The position numbers were made by a program, and so were the translations under genes. Below, in pieces: positions 1-9,310 of a stretch of 64,000 nucleotides of DNA. Source of the DNA: an uncultured Candidatus Saccharibacteria bacterium (lineage in GTDB: Bacteria > Patescibacteriota > Minisyncoccia > Phycocordibacterales > UBA918); contig CAZSZB010000001.1 in the NCBI GenBank assembly GCA_964611205.1, positions 123,144-187,143 on the forward strand, in the 5' to 3' direction. Within the stretch, counting starts at the first letter, position 1. Each line of letters starts with the position of its first letter. Below the pieces are notes generated by a model. The model had not been told where the DNA came from. It searched no databases and saw only the letters and a list, made by a program, of their open reading frames with translations.

Positions 1-62
1 GGAGTGATGTTTGTGACTGAATTAATCAGGCCTCGTTTAAATATTAATAATTATAATTCATT

Positions 63-1805
63 ATGATATTTCGACCGGATGAACATAAAGAACCCATGTC
101 CTTCGATGAAATATTTTTAGATTCATCTAATCTTCCTGCTTTCAATCGACACCGAATGGAGGGACGGTTGGAATTACCGATAAAGAAATTTAATGTTTTT
201 GTGGTTGGTGTAATTTTTTTCTTGATAGCAGGAGTTTTCTTGTACAAACTGTTTTACATGCAGGCTGTTAACGGAGCCAATTTTTCAAAAATAAGTGAAA
301 ATAATAGTATAGATAGGACAGTCATTATTGCTGAAAGAGGAGTTGTGTATGACCGCAATGGTGAACTAGTGGCGTGGAATGAATTAGATAATACTGAAGA
401 ACTTGGTTTTCCGATGCGGGCTTATTCAGATAGAAAAGGATTAGGTCAGATGATAGGTTATGTTAGCTATCCGCAAAAAGACAGTCGAGGTTTCTATTAT
501 CGAACAGAATACACTGGCGTAAATGGTGTAGAAGCTTCGTATGATGAAATTCTGAAAGGGAAGAATGGTCAACAATTAGTTGAAACAGATGCTCTAGGAA
601 ATATTATTGGAGAACACGTTGTTGATTTACCCGAGTCAGGGAAAGAGGTTCACTTATCTATCGATATTGAGTTATCAGAAGCGATGTATAACATTATCGC
701 CACCAGTACCAAACAAGCGGGCTTCCGTAGTGGCGCAGCTGCTATCATGGATTTAAGAACTGGAGAGATTGTAGCAATGACTAGTTATCCTTCTTATGAT
801 CCTGAAGTTATGTCTGATGGTAAGGATGTAGAACTTATACAATCATATAATAATGATGAAAGTTATCCGTTCCTGAACAAAGTTTTGGCAGGAGTGTATG
901 TTCCGGGTTCGATTGTTAAACCGTTTGTAGCTTACGCTGGTTTGAAGGAAGGAGTAATCACAGAAAATACAAAGATAAGCAGTAATGGTCAACTTATTAT
1001 TCCTAATCCGTATGATTCTGGTAATCCAACCCGATTCGCTGACTGGCGTTCGCAAGGAGAAATGACGGTGCGGGAAGCGCTGGCTTTTTCCTCTAATGTT
1101 TTTTTCTATTTAATCGGGGGTGGGTTACCAGAGATAGCAGTTCCGCAAGCTGGGTTAAAAAATCCCATGGATGGTCTAGGTATTAGGAAACTGGATGAGT
1201 ATTTCGATTATTTTAACTTTGGACGTAAAACCGATATTATTTTAGCCAATGAGCAATCTGGCACAGTACCAACTCCAGAATGGAAGGAGGAGGTGTTCGA
1301 TGAACCGTGGCGACTGGGTAACACTTATCACACTGCTATCGGTCAGTTTGGGTGGCAGGTCACTCCACTGCAGATGTTAGTCGCTTATGGTGCGCTGGCC
1401 ACTAACGGTAGGTTCTTTACACCTCATATAATTAAAGGCGAAACTCCTGTGTATGTTGATAAACCGATGGATGATTACATTATGGATATAATAGAAGATG
1501 GTATGCATATGACCACTTACTTCGATCGGGGAACTGCTAGATCTTTAGAAAAATCATATGTCGACATAGCTGCAAAAAGCGGAACTGCTGAGATAGGTGC
1601 CGGGAATGCTTTTGTCAATTCTTGGGCGGCCGGTTATTGGCCGCTGCAGGATCCTCAATACTCATTTATTTTAATGATGGATAAAGCTCCTCGGAGTAAT
1701 AGTCTGGGTGCTACCAGGATTATGGGTGACATTATGGATTGGATTAATGAAAATCGACCAGAGTATTTAGGTCTAGATGATGCTGTGGAAAACCTATCGA
1801 ATTGA
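63..1805 (+). CDS. mrdA: Class B penicillin-binding protein (PBP2-type peptidoglycan D,D-transpeptidase)
   Basis: 580 aa with an N-terminal TM anchor. Transpeptidase motifs are present: SIVK (SxxK), SSN and KSGTA (KTG). This is a second class B PBP, distinct from the ftsI in the dcw cluster. Confidence 0.85.
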   Translation: MIFRPDEHKEPMSFDEIFLDSSNLPAFNRHRMEGRLELPIKKFNVFVVGVIFFLIAGVFLYKLFYMQAVNGANFSKISENNSIDRTVIIAERGVVYDRNGELVAWNELDNTEELGFPMRAYSDRKGLGQMIGYVSYPQKDSRGFYYRTEYTGVNGVEASYDEILKGKNGQQLVETDALGNIIGEHVVDLPESGKEVHLSIDIELSEAMYNIIATSTKQAGFRSGAAAIMDLRTGEIVAMTSYPSYDPEVMSDGKDVELIQSYNNDESYPFLNKVLAGVYVPGSIVKPFVAYAGLKEGVITENTKISSNGQLIIPNPYDSGNPTRFADWRSQGEMTVREALAFSSNVFFYLIGGGLPEIAVPQAGLKNPMDGLGIRKLDEYFDYFNFGRKTDIILANEQSGTVPTPEWKEEVFDEPWRLGNTYHTAIGQFGWQVTPLQMLVAYGALATNGRFFTPHIIKGETPVYVDKPMDDYIMDIIEDGMHMTTYFDRGTARSLEKSYVDIAAKSGTAEIGAGNAFVNSWAAGYWPLQDPQYSFILMMDKAPRSNSLGATRIMGDIMDWINENRPEYLGLDDAVENLSN

Positions 1806-1829
1806 CCCAAACTTGTTTATGCGTATAAT
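1802..1829 (+). promoter_or_regulatory. Sigma70-like promoter for greA (TTGACC-16 nt-TATAAT)
   Basis: TTGACC at 1802-1807 and TATAAT at 1824-1829 with 16-nt spacing. The first ATG of the conserved GreA N-terminus lies 24 nt downstream. Confidence 0.5.
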
Positions 1830-1852
1830 TGTTGTCACTAACTAACTTTCAT

Positions 1853-2323
1853 ATGAATGACACACAAGCATTTTTGACCAAGGAAAAATTTGAGGAGCTA
1901 AAAAAAGAACTTGAGCACCTAAAAACAGTAAGACGTAAAGAGGTAGCAGAATCGCTCGAGTACGCAAGAAGCCTAGGAGATCTCTCAGAAAACGCCGAGT
2001 ATCAAGAAGCTCGTGATATGCAAGCAGCTATTGAGGAACGAATCAATCACCTCGAACAAGTTATTAAAGAAGCCAAGATTGTTTCAGGTAAGAAGAATGA
2101 GGATGTGGTAGGCCTAGGTACCGAAGTATGTATTCAAAAAATCGGTGACAAGGCTAGTATTTGCTACACCATAGTGGGATCAGAAGAAGCTAATATTCAT
2201 AACCATAAATTATCTTACCTCTCTCCTTTGGGCGAAGCTCTAGTGGGACGAAGCAAGGGTGATGAAATAGAGTTCGACACTCCTAACGGAAAACAAAAAT
2301 ATAAAATTCTTAAATTAGGTTAA
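1853..2323 (+). CDS. greA: Transcription elongation factor GreA
   Basis: The coiled-coil N-terminus (LTKEKFEELKKELEHL...SENAEYQEARD) and C-terminal FKBP-like domain match the GreA family. The ATG at 1853 is preferred over the TTG at 1829 chosen by the ORF track. Confidence 0.9.
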   Translation: MNDTQAFLTKEKFEELKKELEHLKTVRRKEVAESLEYARSLGDLSENAEYQEARDMQAAIEERINHLEQVIKEAKIVSGKKNEDVVGLGTEVCIQKIGDKASICYTIVGSEEANIHNHKLSYLSPLGEALVGRSKGDEIEFDTPNGKQKYKILKLG

Positions 2324-2340
2324 ATTTTTGCCAGATTTAA

Positions 2341-2372
2341 AAAGACGGCGGCCCAAGGGCCACCGTCTTTTT
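2341..2372 (+). terminator. Rho-independent terminator after greA
   Basis: GACGGCGGCC-CAAG-GGCCACCGTC hairpin followed by TTTTT. Confidence 0.7.
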
Positions 2373-2431
2373 AAATAATAGCCATAAACAGCTTTGCAAA
2401 TCGAATATTATTAGCTACTATTAGTTGCATT

Positions 2432-3922
2432 ATGGCAGAAAATCAAGAATTACGTGCAGATAGGGAACGTAAGTTAGAACTATTAAAAGAGCAAAATCAA
2501 AATCCTTATCCAGCAGATACAGAAGTTACCCATACTATTTCTGCAGTGGTAGATAATTTTTCCGAGTTGAAAGACTCAAGTGAAAGGATTGTAGTAGCAG
2601 GACGTATTATGTCTATTCGTGAACACGGAGCAATTGCTTTCGTCGATCTCTTCGACGGTACTGCCAAAATTCAAGCTTTCTTTTCTAAAGAAAATATGGA
2701 AGAAAGTTTTGATAATTTTCTCTCTTCAATAAGTACTGGTGATTTTGTCGAAGTTACAGCTATAGCTTATGTAACGAAGCGAGGAGTAGATGCTCTTAGT
2801 GTGTCTGCCTGGAAGGTACTGAGTAAAGCTCTGGCTACCATACCAACCGAACACTTTGGTTTGAAAGATGAAGATGAGCGTCTTCGTAAACGCTATCTTG
2901 ATATTCTAGTAAATCCAGAAATCAGAGAGATGTTTGATAAAAAAGCTTTGTTCTGGAAAGCTTCGAGAAGATTTTTAGAAGACAAAGGTTTTGCTGAGGT
3001 CCATACTCCTACTCTAGAGACTACAACCGGCGGTGCCGAGGCAAATCCTTTTATAACTCACCACGATGATTTTGACATTGACGTGTACCTGAGGATTTCA
3101 GTTGGTGAATTATGGCAAAAGCGTTTGATGGTTGCTGGTTTACCTAGAACTTTTGAAGTCGGTAGAGTTTATCGCAATGAGGGTTCCAGTCCAGACCATT
3201 TGCAAGAATTTACTAATATCGAATTTTATGCCGCTTACATGAATTTCGAAGATGGTCTAATTTTACTAGAGGAACATATTCAATATGTTTTAGATGAAGT
3301 TTGGGCAGGACAAAGAAAATTTTCTATGAAAGGTTTCGAGGTGGATTTCACCGGACCATTTAAGCAAATAGATTATGTTAAAACCATAGAAGAAAAAACT
3401 GGTATAAATGTAGTTTCTGCCACCTACGATGAAATGGTTGATAAAGCTAAAGAATTGGGAGTAGATTATGAGGGGGATAATAAAGAGAGGCTGACAGATA
3501 CGTTATGGAAGTATTGTCGTAAACAAATAGCCGGTCCAGTCTGGCTTACTGGTCATCCTAAATTAGTATCACCTTTGTCTAAGGAGTCAGATAAAGAAGA
3601 CGGTACTGTGTTGCGAGCGCAGCTGATAATGGCGGGAGCAGAATTCGATAATTGTTTTGCTGAACTTAATGACCCAATCGAGCAGAGAGATCGTTTTGCT
3701 ATGCAACAGCGCTTATTAGAAGCGGGGGACAATGAAGCTATGATGCCAGACTGGGATTTTGTCGAAGCCTTGGAATATGGTATGCCACCAACATTCGGAG
3801 CAGCTACTTTAGGGGAAAGGTTTTTTGCTTACTTGGTAGATAAACCGATTCGCGAAACTCAATATTTCCCACTGATGAAACCTAAGGCTGATAACTCAGT
3901 AACAGACAAGAAAGAAGAATAA
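2432..3922 (+). CDS. lysS: Lysyl-tRNA synthetase, class II
   Basis: 496 aa with an N-terminal OB anticodon-binding domain and class II motifs. The typical LysRS N-terminus NPYP is present. Confidence 0.92.
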   Translation: MAENQELRADRERKLELLKEQNQNPYPADTEVTHTISAVVDNFSELKDSSERIVVAGRIMSIREHGAIAFVDLFDGTAKIQAFFSKENMEESFDNFLSSISTGDFVEVTAIAYVTKRGVDALSVSAWKVLSKALATIPTEHFGLKDEDERLRKRYLDILVNPEIREMFDKKALFWKASRRFLEDKGFAEVHTPTLETTTGGAEANPFITHHDDFDIDVYLRISVGELWQKRLMVAGLPRTFEVGRVYRNEGSSPDHLQEFTNIEFYAAYMNFEDGLILLEEHIQYVLDEVWAGQRKFSMKGFEVDFTGPFKQIDYVKTIEEKTGINVVSATYDEMVDKAKELGVDYEGDNKERLTDTLWKYCRKQIAGPVWLTGHPKLVSPLSKESDKEDGTVLRAQLIMAGAEFDNCFAELNDPIEQRDRFAMQQRLLEAGDNEAMMPDWDFVEALEYGMPPTFGAATLGERFFAYLVDKPIRETQYFPLMKPKADNSVTDKKEE

Positions 3923-4017
3923 CAACAATCGCCTGTAAATAGTCTAGTATAGCGATTTTTACTCGGACTTTACAATTGTAAAAGTCGTGTTATTGTTCTT
4001 GGCAGGAGGAAAAAGCA

Positions 4018-4209
4018 ATGAAAGCAGATCTATATTTGGACCTTACCGACTTGGAGGTTCTGTCTACCTCCGAGGAAATGGTCGACGGAGAGAAGGTTAC
4101 GACGATGACTATTCGTCTCGGAAGTGACCGACGAGTGATCATGGTCAGGTATAAAGACGAATTGCCATGCATACTCCTTTTCGGTCGGCCGAACCTGGAA
4201 TGCTTCTAG
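4018..4209 (+). CDS. Hypothetical small protein (63 aa) in a GC-rich islet
   Basis: A strong SD (AGGAGG, 8 nt before the ATG) and an intrinsic terminator follow immediately. GC content is ~50%, versus ~37% in the flanks. I see no recognisable family. Confidence 0.5.
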   Translation: MKADLYLDLTDLEVLSTSEEMVDGEKVTTMTIRLGSDRRVIMVRYKDELPCILLFGRPNLECF

Positions 4210-4230
4210 GTTCGATAATTACACAACGAA

Positions 4231-4258
4231 AAAGACGGCGCCCCGGTGCCGTCTTTTC
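4231..4258 (+). terminator. Rho-independent terminator
   Basis: GACGGCGCC..GGTGCCGTC hairpin followed by TTTTCTT. Confidence 0.65.
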
Positions 4259-4261
4259 TTA

Positions 4262-4365
4262 TTGTGTTGTGTATAACTGTGGCAGAGGGTGGGGTGAGGT
4301 GGTATATACTATAGGAGTGGTGGGAGATAGTGGTATACTGTGAAAACAGTATAACTGTCGAGATT
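4262..4365 (+). promoter_or_regulatory. mraZ promoter/operator region with GTGG(G/T) and GTATA(A)CTGT direct repeats
   Basis: Repeats seen: GAGGGTGGGGTGAGGTGGTATATACT...AGTGGTGGGAGATAGTGGTATACTGTG, plus GTATAACTGT twice. MraZ proteins bind direct GTGGG-type repeats in their own promoter. Confidence 0.4.
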
Positions 4366-4800
4366 ATGTTAATAGGAGAATATACACATACACTAGATCC
4401 TAAGAAACGGCTGTCCATTCCGTCTAAATGGCGGAAGGAACTTGGGAAAAAGTTGATCCTTACACGGGGTCTCGACAACTGTCTCTTTGTATATCCGCTG
4501 CGTGAGTGGCAAAAGGTCAGTGAAAAAATTGGCCAATTGCCGCTCGGTCAGGCGGACACAAGAAGCTTCAATCGCTTCTTTCTTTCAGGAGCAGTAGAAG
4601 TAGAGGTAGATAGTGTTGGACGTATTCTCGTTCCAGATTTCTTAAAGGAATTTGCAGTACTAGATTCAAAAGTAGTATTAGCAGGTATCCATGATCGTGT
4701 GGAAATTTGGGATGAGAAGAAATGGACTCAGTACAAACGTGAGATCGAAACCAAAGCTGATCAGTTAGCTGAAAAGCTGGGCGACATCGGAGTACTTTAG
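4366..4800 (+). CDS. mraZ: Transcriptional regulator MraZ
   Basis: The MLIGEYTHTLDPKKRLSIP N-terminus and the duplicated MraZ fold match the family. The ATG at 4366 fits the conserved N-terminus. The track's GTG at 4330 is rejected. Confidence 0.9.
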   Translation: MLIGEYTHTLDPKKRLSIPSKWRKELGKKLILTRGLDNCLFVYPLREWQKVSEKIGQLPLGQADTRSFNRFFLSGAVEVEVDSVGRILVPDFLKEFAVLDSKVVLAGIHDRVEIWDEKKWTQYKREIETKADQLAEKLGDIGVL

Positions 4801-4827
4801 TTCGTATCTTCTACCACACAAAACACT

Positions 4828-5727
4828 ATGCAACACATAACGGTTCTAGAGCATGAAGCTGTTGATTTATTGGGTCTAAAAAAAGATTCAGTAGTCGTCG
4901 ATTGTACCTTAGGTAGTGGCGGACATGCCAAGTACATACAAACAATACTTGGTGAAAAAGGACATTACATAGGTATCGACGCTGACCCAACTGCAATAAC
5001 AGCTAACGAAGAGTTAAAAAATTCTTCAGTTGCTAAGGTCACATTATTAAAAGCAAATTTTCGTGACATAGACCAAGTGTTGTTAACAGCTGGTGAAAGT
5101 GAGGTGGATGCCATTTTGGCTGACCTAGGTTGGAGGATGGAACAATTCTCTGGTTCAACAGATTTACCAAGAGGTTTTTCTTTCCAGAGTGATGAACCAC
5201 TACATATGACTTTTGGTGAGCCGAGTAGTCATCCATTTACTGCTTATGACATTGTAAATGACTGGGCCGAAGAGGATATAGCGAATGTCATTTACGCTTA
5301 CGGCGGTGAAGGATTTTCACGACGGATTGCGACAGCTATCGTCGCAGCTCGTAAAAATTCACCGATAGAGCGAGCTAGTCAGTTAGCAGAGATTGTGGAA
5401 GAGTCAGTGCCTGCCTTCTACAGAAGACAAAAAACACATCCAGCCACCAAAACCTTTCAGGGTTTACGTATAGCAGTCAATGATGAACTGGATGCACTCA
5501 GTGAATTGATAAGTAAAGGTTTCTCTTCACTTAAATCAGGTGGTCGACTAGCCATCATTACTTTTCACAGCCTTGAAGACCGGATAGTTAAACACAGCTA
5601 TCGAAATTTAGTCAGCGATCAAAAAGCAGTTTTAGTAAACAAAAAACCAATAGTTCCAAGTCCTGAAGAATTATCAACCAATCCCAGAAGCAGAAGCGCA
5701 AAACTAAGAGTAATTGAAAAAAATTAA
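4828..5727 (+). CDS. rsmH: 16S rRNA (cytosine1402-N4)-methyltransferase RsmH (MraW)
   Basis: SAM-binding motif DCTLGSGGH is present and the gene sits after mraZ. Confidence 0.92.
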   Translation: MQHITVLEHEAVDLLGLKKDSVVVDCTLGSGGHAKYIQTILGEKGHYIGIDADPTAITANEELKNSSVAKVTLLKANFRDIDQVLLTAGESEVDAILADLGWRMEQFSGSTDLPRGFSFQSDEPLHMTFGEPSSHPFTAYDIVNDWAEEDIANVIYAYGGEGFSRRIATAIVAARKNSPIERASQLAEIVEESVPAFYRRQKTHPATKTFQGLRIAVNDELDALSELISKGFSSLKSGGRLAIITFHSLEDRIVKHSYRNLVSDQKAVLVNKKPIVPSPEELSTNPRSRSAKLRVIEKN

Positions 5728-5728
5728 T

Positions 5729-6049
5729 ATGAACAAGAAGAGAATGCAAACAATAAATTATGATCGGATAGTTTTTATTGTCCTGGCTTTTGCTTGCATC
5801 GGGATGGTTGCTTTATATATGTACTTTGTTAGCGCTTCGATTGTTCACGTTGTGATAAGAAAAGAAGTAGGGCAAGATTTAGTCAGACTTAGTTCTGAGG
5901 TTAGTGAGTTAGATTCCAAATACATAGCAGCGCAACACGCTATGAGTAATCAAATTGCAACTTTAGAAGGTTATCATGAAATAGAGAACAAGATTTTTAT
6001 AAATAGAACTTCAGCCAACCTGGCTCTGTCCAAGACTATCGAACCGTAG
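5729..6049 (+). CDS. ftsL: Cell division protein FtsL-like (single-TM, coiled coil)
   Basis: It lies between rsmH and ftsI and has a single TM helix (IVFIVLAFACIGMVALYMYFV). Identification is based on size and position. Confidence 0.6.
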   Translation: MNKKRMQTINYDRIVFIVLAFACIGMVALYMYFVSASIVHVVIRKEVGQDLVRLSSEVSELDSKYIAAQHAMSNQIATLEGYHEIENKIFINRTSANLALSKTIEP

Positions 6050-6122
6050 CGCAGAATCTGATATGATTCTAATGAATTTTTCTGTATCAATCCGCTCACA
6101 GAATAATTTTCTGTAACTGACA

Positions 6123-7838
6123 ATGAGAAAACAAGCAATAATTAGAATCCGAATAATCACCTCTGTAGTACTGCTTTTGGCAGTTATTCTTTTAATTAAA
6201 CTCTATTATATACAGATATTTAGCCACGATAAATATGTAGAGGAAGCAGAGAGTCAGTATGTTCACACTGTAAATGATTTGTACTCTAGAGGTAATATTT
6301 ATTTCACAGCCCGTGATGGTAGTAAAGTATCAGCCGCAACAGTCCAGGCTGGTTATTTGTTAGCTATAAATCCATCTCATATTAAAGATGATGAATCAGT
6401 TTATTTAAAATTGAATGAAATTGTAGAAATTGATCGTGATTCCTTTATGCGTAAAGCTGCTAATAAGGATAAGGTTTATCAAGAAATATTATCGCAAATA
6501 AATAAAGAAGAAGCGGATCGTATAGAGAAGCTAGGACTTGATGGTGTCCAGATGTATCGTAACCAGTGGCGTTACTATCCCGGAGATAGTCTGTCAGCCC
6601 GTACCATCGGCTTTGTTGGTTACTTTAAGGATTCTAATCAATTGACTGGTCGCTATGGTCTAGAACGCTATTATGATGATGTTCTTTTGCGTGACCGAGA
6701 CAGATTGTCAGTTAACTTTTTTGCCGAAATATTTAGCAATCTAGGTAATGTGATTTTTGATAACTCTGACTCTCGCTCGGGAGATGTTATCACTTCTATT
6801 GAACCAACAGTGGCTAGGGTATTAGATCAACAACTCTATGCCGCCCAGAATAAATGGAATAGTGATCTCACTGGCGGTATTATTATTAACCCTAAAACAG
6901 GGGAGATATATGCGATGAATGTAGTACCTACCTTCGATCTTAATGATCGCAAAGGAGTGGACCTTAGTGATTTTAGAAATCCTTTAGTAGAGAACGTATA
7001 TGAGTTTGGTTCTATTATAAAAGCTCTAACAATGGCTGCTGGTTTAGATAGTGGAGCGGTAAATGCTGCTACAACTTATTATGATAGTGGAAAGATGACT
7101 CTTGATGGTTTTACTATCGGTAACTATGATGGACGAGGTCGGGGAACTGTGTCGATGCAGGAGGTACTTAATCAATCGCTTAACACGGGAGTATCGTTTG
7201 TGGTAGAAACAATGGGTAAAGATAAGTTTCGAAATTATTTCAAAGACTTAAAATTGGGTAATGAAACAGGGATTGATTTACCAAATGAAGCTTTTGGTTT
7301 GATAGCAAACTTAGATTCTCCAAGAAAAATAGAATATGCGACAGCTTCCTTTGGTCAAGGGATTGCGATGACGCCAGTATCAATCGTTCGAGCTTTATCA
7401 GCTCTAGGAAATGGGGGTAAACTAATTTCTCCTCACATAGCGACAGCTATTGAGTATAAGGATGGTGAGGTTAGAAAAATAAGTTATCCAGAAGGTGATC
7501 AGGTTTTTTCAGCGGCTACTAGTGAAGAGATTTCTCGTATGTTGACAGTGGTAGTAGATGAAGCGTTGGCAAAAGGGGAGGTAGCTCTGCCAAATTATTC
7601 TGTAGCGGCCAAGACAGGAACAGCCCAGATCGCCGACCCGGTACATGGTGGTTACTATGGGGATCGTTATCTGCACTCATTTTTCGGTTATTTCCCATCA
7701 TACGACCCGGAATTTTTGATATTTCTTTATACGGTAGAACCGAAAAATGTTAAGTACGCATCAGAAACACTGACAGAACCCTTTATTGAGCTAACTAAAT
7801 TCTTGATAAATTATTATGATTTGCCACCAGATAGGTAG
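6123..7838 (+). CDS. ftsI: Peptidoglycan D,D-transpeptidase FtsI (class B PBP, division-type)
   Basis: SIIKALT (SxxK), SLN and AAKTGTA motifs are present, with an N-terminal TM. It sits in the dcw cluster. Confidence 0.88.
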   Translation: MRKQAIIRIRIITSVVLLLAVILLIKLYYIQIFSHDKYVEEAESQYVHTVNDLYSRGNIYFTARDGSKVSAATVQAGYLLAINPSHIKDDESVYLKLNEIVEIDRDSFMRKAANKDKVYQEILSQINKEEADRIEKLGLDGVQMYRNQWRYYPGDSLSARTIGFVGYFKDSNQLTGRYGLERYYDDVLLRDRDRLSVNFFAEIFSNLGNVIFDNSDSRSGDVITSIEPTVARVLDQQLYAAQNKWNSDLTGGIIINPKTGEIYAMNVVPTFDLNDRKGVDLSDFRNPLVENVYEFGSIIKALTMAAGLDSGAVNAATTYYDSGKMTLDGFTIGNYDGRGRGTVSMQEVLNQSLNTGVSFVVETMGKDKFRNYFKDLKLGNETGIDLPNEAFGLIANLDSPRKIEYATASFGQGIAMTPVSIVRALSALGNGGKLISPHIATAIEYKDGEVRKISYPEGDQVFSAATSEEISRMLTVVVDEALAKGEVALPNYSVAAKTGTAQIADPVHGGYYGDRYLHSFFGYFPSYDPEFLIFLYTVEPKNVKYASETLTEPFIELTKFLINYYDLPPDR

Positions 7839-7934
7839 AAGTATTTATCTATACAAGGTAAAATCTACAAATGACGTGTCTTGAGGGAAGTGTGCTACTG
7901 AATATCCAATTAAACAATATACAATCTTTACGGT

Positions 7935-9224
7935 ATGAAAAGAATCTTTAAACTAGTTGTAGTAAATATCCTAACTGCTGAAGCCAAAATAATTCTCAAA
8001 AAACATAAGCCGAAAATTATTGCCGTAACCGGTAGTGTTGGTAAAACATCTACTAAGGATGCTATTTATACGGTCTTAAAGGATAAAGTTAAATCACGTA
8101 AAAACCAGAAAAGTTTTAACTCAGAATTTGGAGTTCCTTTAACTATCCTTGGTTTGCAAACTGCATGGAATAGTCCTTTAGGTTGGATTAAAAACTTAAT
8201 TGAGGGTCTTTTTATAATTTTATTTACCCGTGAGTATCCGGAGGTTTTGGTATTGGAAGCGGGAGTCGATCATCCAGGTGATATGGTCAGATTAACTAGC
8301 TGGCTAAAACCAGACATGGTTGTTCTGACGAGTTTACCTGATGTACCAGTGCATGTAGAGTTTTTTCCTAGTCCAAATGATGTAATTAAGGAAAAAATGA
8401 AGTTGGTAGAGGCTCTTAAAGAGGACGGAATTCTTATCTATAACAATGATGATGAGAAAGTCAGAGAGGTAGTGGCCAGTGTACGTCAACAGTCTTTCGG
8501 TTATAGTCGTTATTCGACTTCTCATTTTATAGCCACCGGAGATAAAATTATCTATGATGGGAGTAGTCCGATTGGGGTAGCTTTTGAACTCGAATCAGTC
8601 ACCGAGAAAGCAAATTTTAAAGTAAATGGTTCGGTCGGGTTACCTAATATCTTTAGCTACAGTGCAGCGGCAGCTGTGGGTCATGTCTTCGAAATTAGTC
8701 TGACAGAGGCTGCTGTGGCGCTTAGTAAGCATGTCCCTCCACCGGGGCGAATGCGGCTTCTTGAGGGTGTAAAACAAACTACAATCATAGATGACACCTA
8801 CAACTCTTCACCAACGGCATGTGAACGAGCTTTGCAAACGTTGAATGAAATTAGTAGCGCTAAACGTAAGATAGCTGTGTTAGGTGATATGTTGGAGCTG
8901 GGACAGTATTCAGTGCGGGAACATGAAAAAATCGGAGTTCTGGTAGAAAAATATGCCGATATACTACTAACTGTCGGGGTGAGATCAAGAAAGATAGCTG
9001 AAGCAGCGCTTGAAAATGGAATGGATGAAAGCAATATTTTTCAGTATGAAAAAACAGATAGAGCAGGGGATGAATTATATGGGATGCTTGAACCAGGTGA
9101 TGTGGTGTTAGTTAAAGCTTCACAGAGTATTAGGGCAGAAAAAATAGTGGCAAAAATACTAAATGATCCAAAAAGCGCAGAGCAAGAACTAGTTCGGCAA
9201 GAAGAACGTTGGAAAAATATTTAG
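7935..9224 (+). CDS. murF: UDP-N-acetylmuramoyl-tripeptide--D-alanyl-D-alanine ligase
   Basis: Mur ligase P-loop AVTGSVGKTSTK and the MurF-like IDDTYNSSP motif are present. Confidence 0.8.
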   Translation: MKRIFKLVVVNILTAEAKIILKKHKPKIIAVTGSVGKTSTKDAIYTVLKDKVKSRKNQKSFNSEFGVPLTILGLQTAWNSPLGWIKNLIEGLFIILFTREYPEVLVLEAGVDHPGDMVRLTSWLKPDMVVLTSLPDVPVHVEFFPSPNDVIKEKMKLVEALKEDGILIYNNDDEKVREVVASVRQQSFGYSRYSTSHFIATGDKIIYDGSSPIGVAFELESVTEKANFKVNGSVGLPNIFSYSAAAAVGHVFEISLTEAAVALSKHVPPPGRMRLLEGVKQTTIIDDTYNSSPTACERALQTLNEISSAKRKIAVLGDMLELGQYSVREHEKIGVLVEKYADILLTVGVRSRKIAEAALENGMDESNIFQYEKTDRAGDELYGMLEPGDVVLVKASQSIRAEKIVAKILNDPKSAEQELVRQEERWKNI

Positions 9225-9310
9225 ACTACTGAAATATAAATAAATAGCCACAGAAATGGATTTAGCTTGCAAAAGCAGGTTATTAAGAGTAATGTACAGA
9301 CATAACAAAC

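Noticed and set aside
44-247. 67-aa minus-strand ORF at the window start
   Set aside because: It is antisense to the N-terminus of the PBP2 gene. Its composition is driven by the sense strand and it has no SD.
843-1055. 70-aa minus-strand ORF
   Set aside because: It lies entirely inside the PBP2 coding region on the opposite strand.
3990-4172. 60-aa minus-strand ORF overlapping the 4018-4209 gene
   Set aside because: The plus-strand ORF has a canonical AGGAGG SD and a terminator. The minus ORF has neither.
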